Positions 39,801-41,991 of a stretch of 41,991 nucleotides of DNA are shown piece after piece. Source of the DNA: an uncultured Gemmatimonadaceae bacterium (GTDB taxonomy: Bacteria > Latescibacterota > UBA2968 > UBA8231); contig CALFPI010000042.1 in the NCBI GenBank assembly GCA_937919035.1, positions 1 to 41,991 on the forward strand, given 5' to 3'. Both the position numbers and the translations under genes were made by a program. The notes beneath the pieces were generated by a model that saw nothing but the letters and a program-made list of their open reading frames with translations, was not told where the DNA came from and did no database searches. Positions within the stretch are counted from its first letter, which is position 1, and each line of letters starts with the position of its first letter.

Positions 39801-41991
39801 TTGCCGTTTTTGATCAGACGAACTATCCGCTGACGGTGACGATCAATCCCGCAGAGGCGATCCGCATAAAGATCTCCTACCAGTCCTGCGTCTATGACGG
39901 GGCCTCGATTGAGACGATCGGGCGACAGCTGGAACATTTCCTGGACCAGGTCGTTCGCCATATCGATGGCCAGATCAACCAGATCACCGCACTGCCGGCG
40001 GCGGAGCAACACAAGATCCTGGCGACGTGGAATGACACTCGGCGAGACTACCCGCTCGAGAAGACACTGATGGATCTTTTCGAGCAACAGGCGCAGCGTA
40101 GTCCGGATGCTACGGCGCTGATCTTCGAAGGGGAACGGCTCACATACGGGCAGCTGGATCAGAGATCCAACCAGCTCGCCCATCGCCTGCGATCGATGGG
40201 TGCCCGGCGGGACACACTCATCGGCATTTCGATGGAACGTTCCATCGAAATGGTCATCGGGCTCTATGGAATCCTCAAGGCGGATGCGGCCTACGTGCCC
40301 ATCGATCCGGACTATCCGGACGAACGGGTGCAGTTCATGTTGGCCGACTCTGGCGTGTCCCTCGTGCTGACGCAGACGACCTTCCTGCCGCGGTTCACTT
40401 CCGGGCCGTATCGTTGTCTGGCCCTGGATGCCGAATCTCTGGGGAACGAGCCGGTCCATGCACTCGTGAGAATGGCGCGTCCGGAGCATCTGGCCTACAT
40501 GATCTATACCTCAGGTTCCACGGGCAAACCCAAAGGCGTGCTCAACAACCATGTCGGAATCTGCAACCGGCTGCACTGGATGCAGGAGGCTTTTCCTCTG
40601 GGCCCTGCCGACCGCGTCATGCAGAAGACGCCCTTCAGCTTTGACGTGTCGGTCTGGGAATTCTTCTGGCCTCTTCAGGTCGGCGCCGCACTGGTTGTCG
40701 CCAAACCGAAGGGGCACCTCGACAGCCGCTATCTGGCCCGTCGTATCCGGGAGGAAGGCGTAACGACGATTCACTTCGTCCCGTCGATGTTGCAGATCTT
40801 TCTCGGTGAAGAGTCCGTCGAGGACTGCACCTCCTTGCAGCGCGTCATCTGCAGTGGGGAGGCGCTGTCCGTGGAACTTGCCAACCAGTGTGGCCAGACC
40901 CTCCCGGCGGAGCTGCACAACCTGTATGGCCCAACCGAGGCTGCTGTGGATGTGAGCTGGTGGGCGTGTCCGACCGAGATTCGCCGCCACAGCGTCCCGA
41001 TCGGCCGTCCCATTGCCAATACATCGCTCTACATCCTCGACCCGGCCATGAACCCGGTGCCCGTCGGCGTGTCCGGCGAGTTGCATATCGGCGGCATCTG
41101 CCTGGCTCGGGGCTACCACAACCGTCCGGAACTGACCGCCTCGAAGTTCATTGACCATCCTTTGCACCCGGACGCCCAAACGCGGCTCTACAAGACCGGG
41201 GATCTGGCCCGCTACCTGCCGGATGGAAACATCGAATACCTCGGTCGGATGGACCATCAGGTCAAGATCCGTGGATTCCGCATCGAACTTGGCGAGATCG
41301 AGAGTTGCCTGCGCGGACAACCGGGCATTGGCGACTGCGTCGTACACGTGATCGAGGCTGGAGCCGGAGAAAAGGGACTGGCTGCCTACTACGTCAGGGC
41401 AGAGCCAGCAGGGCCACCGAACATGGGAGCGCTGAAGAGCAGCATGAGGCAAGCACTCCCCGACTATATGGTGCCCTCGTGGTTTGTGGAACTGGCCGCC
41501 CTGCCCCTGTCCCCCAATGGCAAGGTCGACCGCCAGGCTCTACCCCGCCCGGGAGAAGCAGCCGAAGGCGGTGACTTGGTCGGGCCCACGGGCGAGGCGG
41601 AAGAGCAAGTCGCGGCAATCTGGAGCGCTGTCCTGGGGGTGGGGGACGTTGGCAGGGACGACAGCTTCTTTGACCTCGGCGGCCATTCCCTGCGCCTGAT
41701 GCGAGTGCACCGAAAACTCGAAGAACGCTACGGCGATTGTGTCCCCGAGTTGATCGAAATGTTTCAACTGCCCACGGTTCGCGCGCAAGCCAGGGCGATC
41801 GTTAGCCGACGTCAGGGGACACCGGCGCCGGTGCCGTCCGTTGACCAACGCAGGGACCGCAGGTCAACGCGCACGACCCGGTCCCGGGACGTCGCCGTCG
41901 TCGGTATGGCCTGCAGGTTTCCAGGTGCGCCGAGCCATGATGCCTTCTGGCGGAATCTTTGCGATGGCGTGGAGTCGGTCACATTCTTCTC
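33851..41991 (+). CDS. Hybrid NRPS/PKS, partial (runs off the window): TubC-type docking - C - A(Val-like) - PCP - E - C - A(Ser) - PCP - KS...
   Basis: Not in the ORF track, consistent with no stop inside the window. Frame spot-checked by hand from ATG 33851: C MHHIVADG (34469); A1 YTSGSTGRPKG (35921) and NGYGPTE; PCP GGDSI (~37106); E HHLAVDGVSW (37667), EGHGRE (38081), RTVGWFT, FNYLGQ; C HHALIDGWS (39092); A2 YTSGSTGKPKG (40505), code DVWHISLVDK; PCP GGHSL (~41678); KS start [14 protein letters not shown] (~41888). All lie in the same frame. Confidence 0.94.
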   Translation, partial: MSLADELLTLSNQGLRLQEDAGQLRVRGPRDVLTPEIQTFLTQNKSRILELLRAASGPRAPALEPITPVSRSDEDHPLSFAQGRFWLLHKLDPAASIYHISGALELRGLLQVEALERALAEIVRRHETLRTVFPDRDGHPCQRVLPGEQQPLAIEDLRHLHAAQLDAQIRRRTDEVLHQPFDLEKGPLFRARLLLVDPQRSLLLVCMHHIVADGTSVPVFVRELGHLYRHDSQGLNADLPELTIQYRDFARWQQSVLTTERLQSQIAYWKGRLAGSLPLTTFPADFSRPLTQSYHGGVERFEVDAELVDRLRQVGRQQDSTLFTTLLAAYAVLISKYSRQRDLVIGSPVGNRPREELQPLIGLFANTVALRLDLSADPTFLQVLAQTRDVVQGALENQDLPFEQLVTEIRPDRDPSYSPIFQTLLVLGKEPLHLLDMGDIDVVPADTGRTSAKFDTTVELQETADGLSGVWEYAQDLYRPETVRGIIAHFKTLLRQLADDPDQPLGTIRMTTAEELHQVVHRWNQTGTKYPSEATIHQLFEEQVEQTPNSIAVTLQSTEWTYERLNREAESVAEALREHGIRPDELVAICAPRSLHLIAGLIGILKAGGAYIPLDPEYPADRLRFMIGDTATRAILVTSELIPRLQELLNSSDLANQPTLISLDRPRVKSDRKGDSPPSVVGPMNLAYCLYTSGSTGRPKGTLIPHRGVVRLVRNTDFIDVSSDQVFLQFAPISFDLSTLEIWGPLLNGGRLVLMPPGMPSLEELGAAIRDNGITTLWLIAGMFRLMVDERIDDLGGLKQLIAGGDVLSVPHVCKMKQRHPHCRMINGYGPTENTTFTCCYEVPADDLPQKSVLIGRPIANTRVYIVDESMQAVPVGIPGELLAAGDGVARGYLNRPDLTSERFIPNPVTGDSSDMVYRTGDLARYLPDGNIEFFGRLDQQAKVRGFRVEPGELESVLDDHDLVREAVAVVRLSEDGRNELAAYVVCHGNRVIDEDKEEALGQLRAYLKDRLPEYMVPSTVTILDEFPLNANGKVDRAALPEPTATANRVKFEAPRDQTEAVLCDIWSQILGVSAIGIRDNFFESGGDSIQSIQIVSRARQKGIDLSPRMMLRYQTIAELASAAASEPVADQRPSRASDSAAEWTPVQRWFQELDLPQPHHFNQSVLLELDAALDLEHVRLAMEALVHQHAVLRTCFRKEAKGWKKQPCPPSQWTAIEVVDLRGKDAGAAAAMTEGVADRVQASLDLTSGVVVRAVYFDTDPGMATRLLLVIHHLAVDGVSWRILLDDLATACRLLLAGEAILLAPASSAPEAWASRLARYARQETLAGEAEFWHTLRAAPPIWRDLEGTSPGTVGSEDCVSAELDAPYTSILLRDAARTYQTSAFELLVAALPGSLARCTGATQLYLLLEGHGREDLFPEIDLSRTVGWFTSLYPVLLDIRTTGAEPAPMITGIKETLRAVPNKGLGFGLLRYLGTPAQRSRLAQIPEPQISFNYLGQTDQILPADALVGLADGPQGRTRSPENPRTHLIEINALVRDGRLRVDWTFSTDCHHRDTIQHLASTYLDVLREFLDHCIEQESTFYSPSDFPLADVDPSAIDAILRAVPTGSLDEILPLSSTQQGILFHREAAPDSDAYIMQLRMKIENPLDEAAFRQAWSLIAARHSALRAGFVEDGDQNLHQVLLKSVVLPWTRLDWRGVGGDRQKERLEKHCREQRRAGFDLASPPLFRISLIDTGMGDFEFVWTCHHALIDGWSMANILDEVTRTYAQLTSGTAPVLPPVPGYEAYLTWLTGRRMGPAREFWVEELHGFSSPTALGVELPSQHQLAQADSSCELSWELDKKTTARLDRCARSHHITLNTLFQAAWSLLLRQFSHADDILFGTAVSGRNLDLPGAEAMVGLFIASLPVRVRIDPDQGVGAWLLNLQERQLERDQYAFMPLVDLAQLADLPGGAALFDHLLVFENYPIDASLRSGTTSLRISEIAVFDQTNYPLTVTINPAEAIRIKISYQSCVYDGASIETIGRQLEHFLDQVVRHIDGQINQITALPAAEQHKILATWNDTRRDYPLEKTLMDLFEQQAQRSPDATALIFEGERLTYGQLDQRSNQLAHRLRSMGARRDTLIGISMERSIEMVIGLYGILKADAAYVPIDPDYPDERVQFMLADSGVSLVLTQTTFLPRFTSGPYRCLALDAESLGNEPVHALVRMARPEHLAYMIYTSGSTGKPKGVLNNHVGICNRLHWMQEAFPLGPADRVMQKTPFSFDVSVWEFFWPLQVGAALVVAKPKGHLDSRYLARRIREEGVTTIHFVPSMLQIFLGEESVEDCTSLQRVICSGEALSVELANQCGQTLPAELHNLYGPTEAAVDVSWWACPTEIRRHSVPIGRPIANTSLYILDPAMNPVPVGVSGELHIGGICLARGYHNRPELTASKFIDHPLHPDAQTRLYKTGDLARYLPDGNIEYLGRMDHQVKIRGFRIELGEIESCLRGQPGIGDCVVHVIEAGAGEKGLAAYYVRAEPAGPPNMGALKSSMRQALPDYMVPSWFVELAALPLSPNGKVDRQALPRPGEAAEGGDLVGPTGEAEEQVAAIWSAVLGVGDVGRDDSFFDLGGHSLRLMRVHRKLEERYGDCVPELIEMFQLPTVRAQARAIVSRRQGTPAPVPSVDQRRDRRSTRTTRSRDVAVVGMACRFPGAPSHDAFWRNLCDGVESVTFF

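Larger units (their letters stand above)
14211..41991. other. FAAL-initiated PKS/NRPS lipopeptide biosynthetic gene cluster with divergent exporter (incomplete on the right)
   Basis: Five overlapping biosynthetic genes on + and a SyrD-type exporter on -. No TE or release domain inside the window. Confidence 0.9.

Noticed and set aside
1-41991. tRNA, rRNA, CRISPR arrays, transposases, integrases and intrinsic terminators
   Set aside because: The window is almost fully coding. I saw no repeat-spacer array, recombinase motif or convincing hairpin-plus-U-tract.

Overview
GC-rich DNA from a diderm bacterium (inferred from the TonB-dependent receptor), arranged as two divergent gene blocks around a ~190-bp promoter region (17386-17578). 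Rightward (+) is the start of a lipopeptide-type assembly line: FAAL-ACP, a two-module PKS (KS-AT-cMT-KR-ACP-KS-KR-ACP), an embedded P-loop kinase-like gene, an AT-less PKS (KS-KR-ACP), and a hybrid NRPS/PKS (docking-C-A-PCP-E-C-A(Ser)-PCP-KS...). That last gene runs off the window and is absent from the supplied ORF track. Leftward (-) is a closely packed envelope/signalling run: an SPFH protein with a ~157-aa insertion, a SyrD/PvdE-type cyclic-peptide ABC exporter, an effector-less nSTAND1-TM-coiled-coil-WD40 protein, a TonB-dependent receptor with a TPR-like N-terminal extension, a nucleotide-transporter(TLC-like)-HEAT-cNMP protein, a dCache-fused pentameric ligand-gated ion channel, a GAF-like class III adenylate cyclase, and an orphan fabF. 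The best candidate for an undescribed system is this leftward operon: a possible export / outer-membrane reception / STAND / ion-channel / cAMP circuit sharing a promoter region with the biosynthetic genes. All calls come from reading motifs by eye; no database searches were run. No RNA genes, CRISPR arrays or mobile elements were seen.
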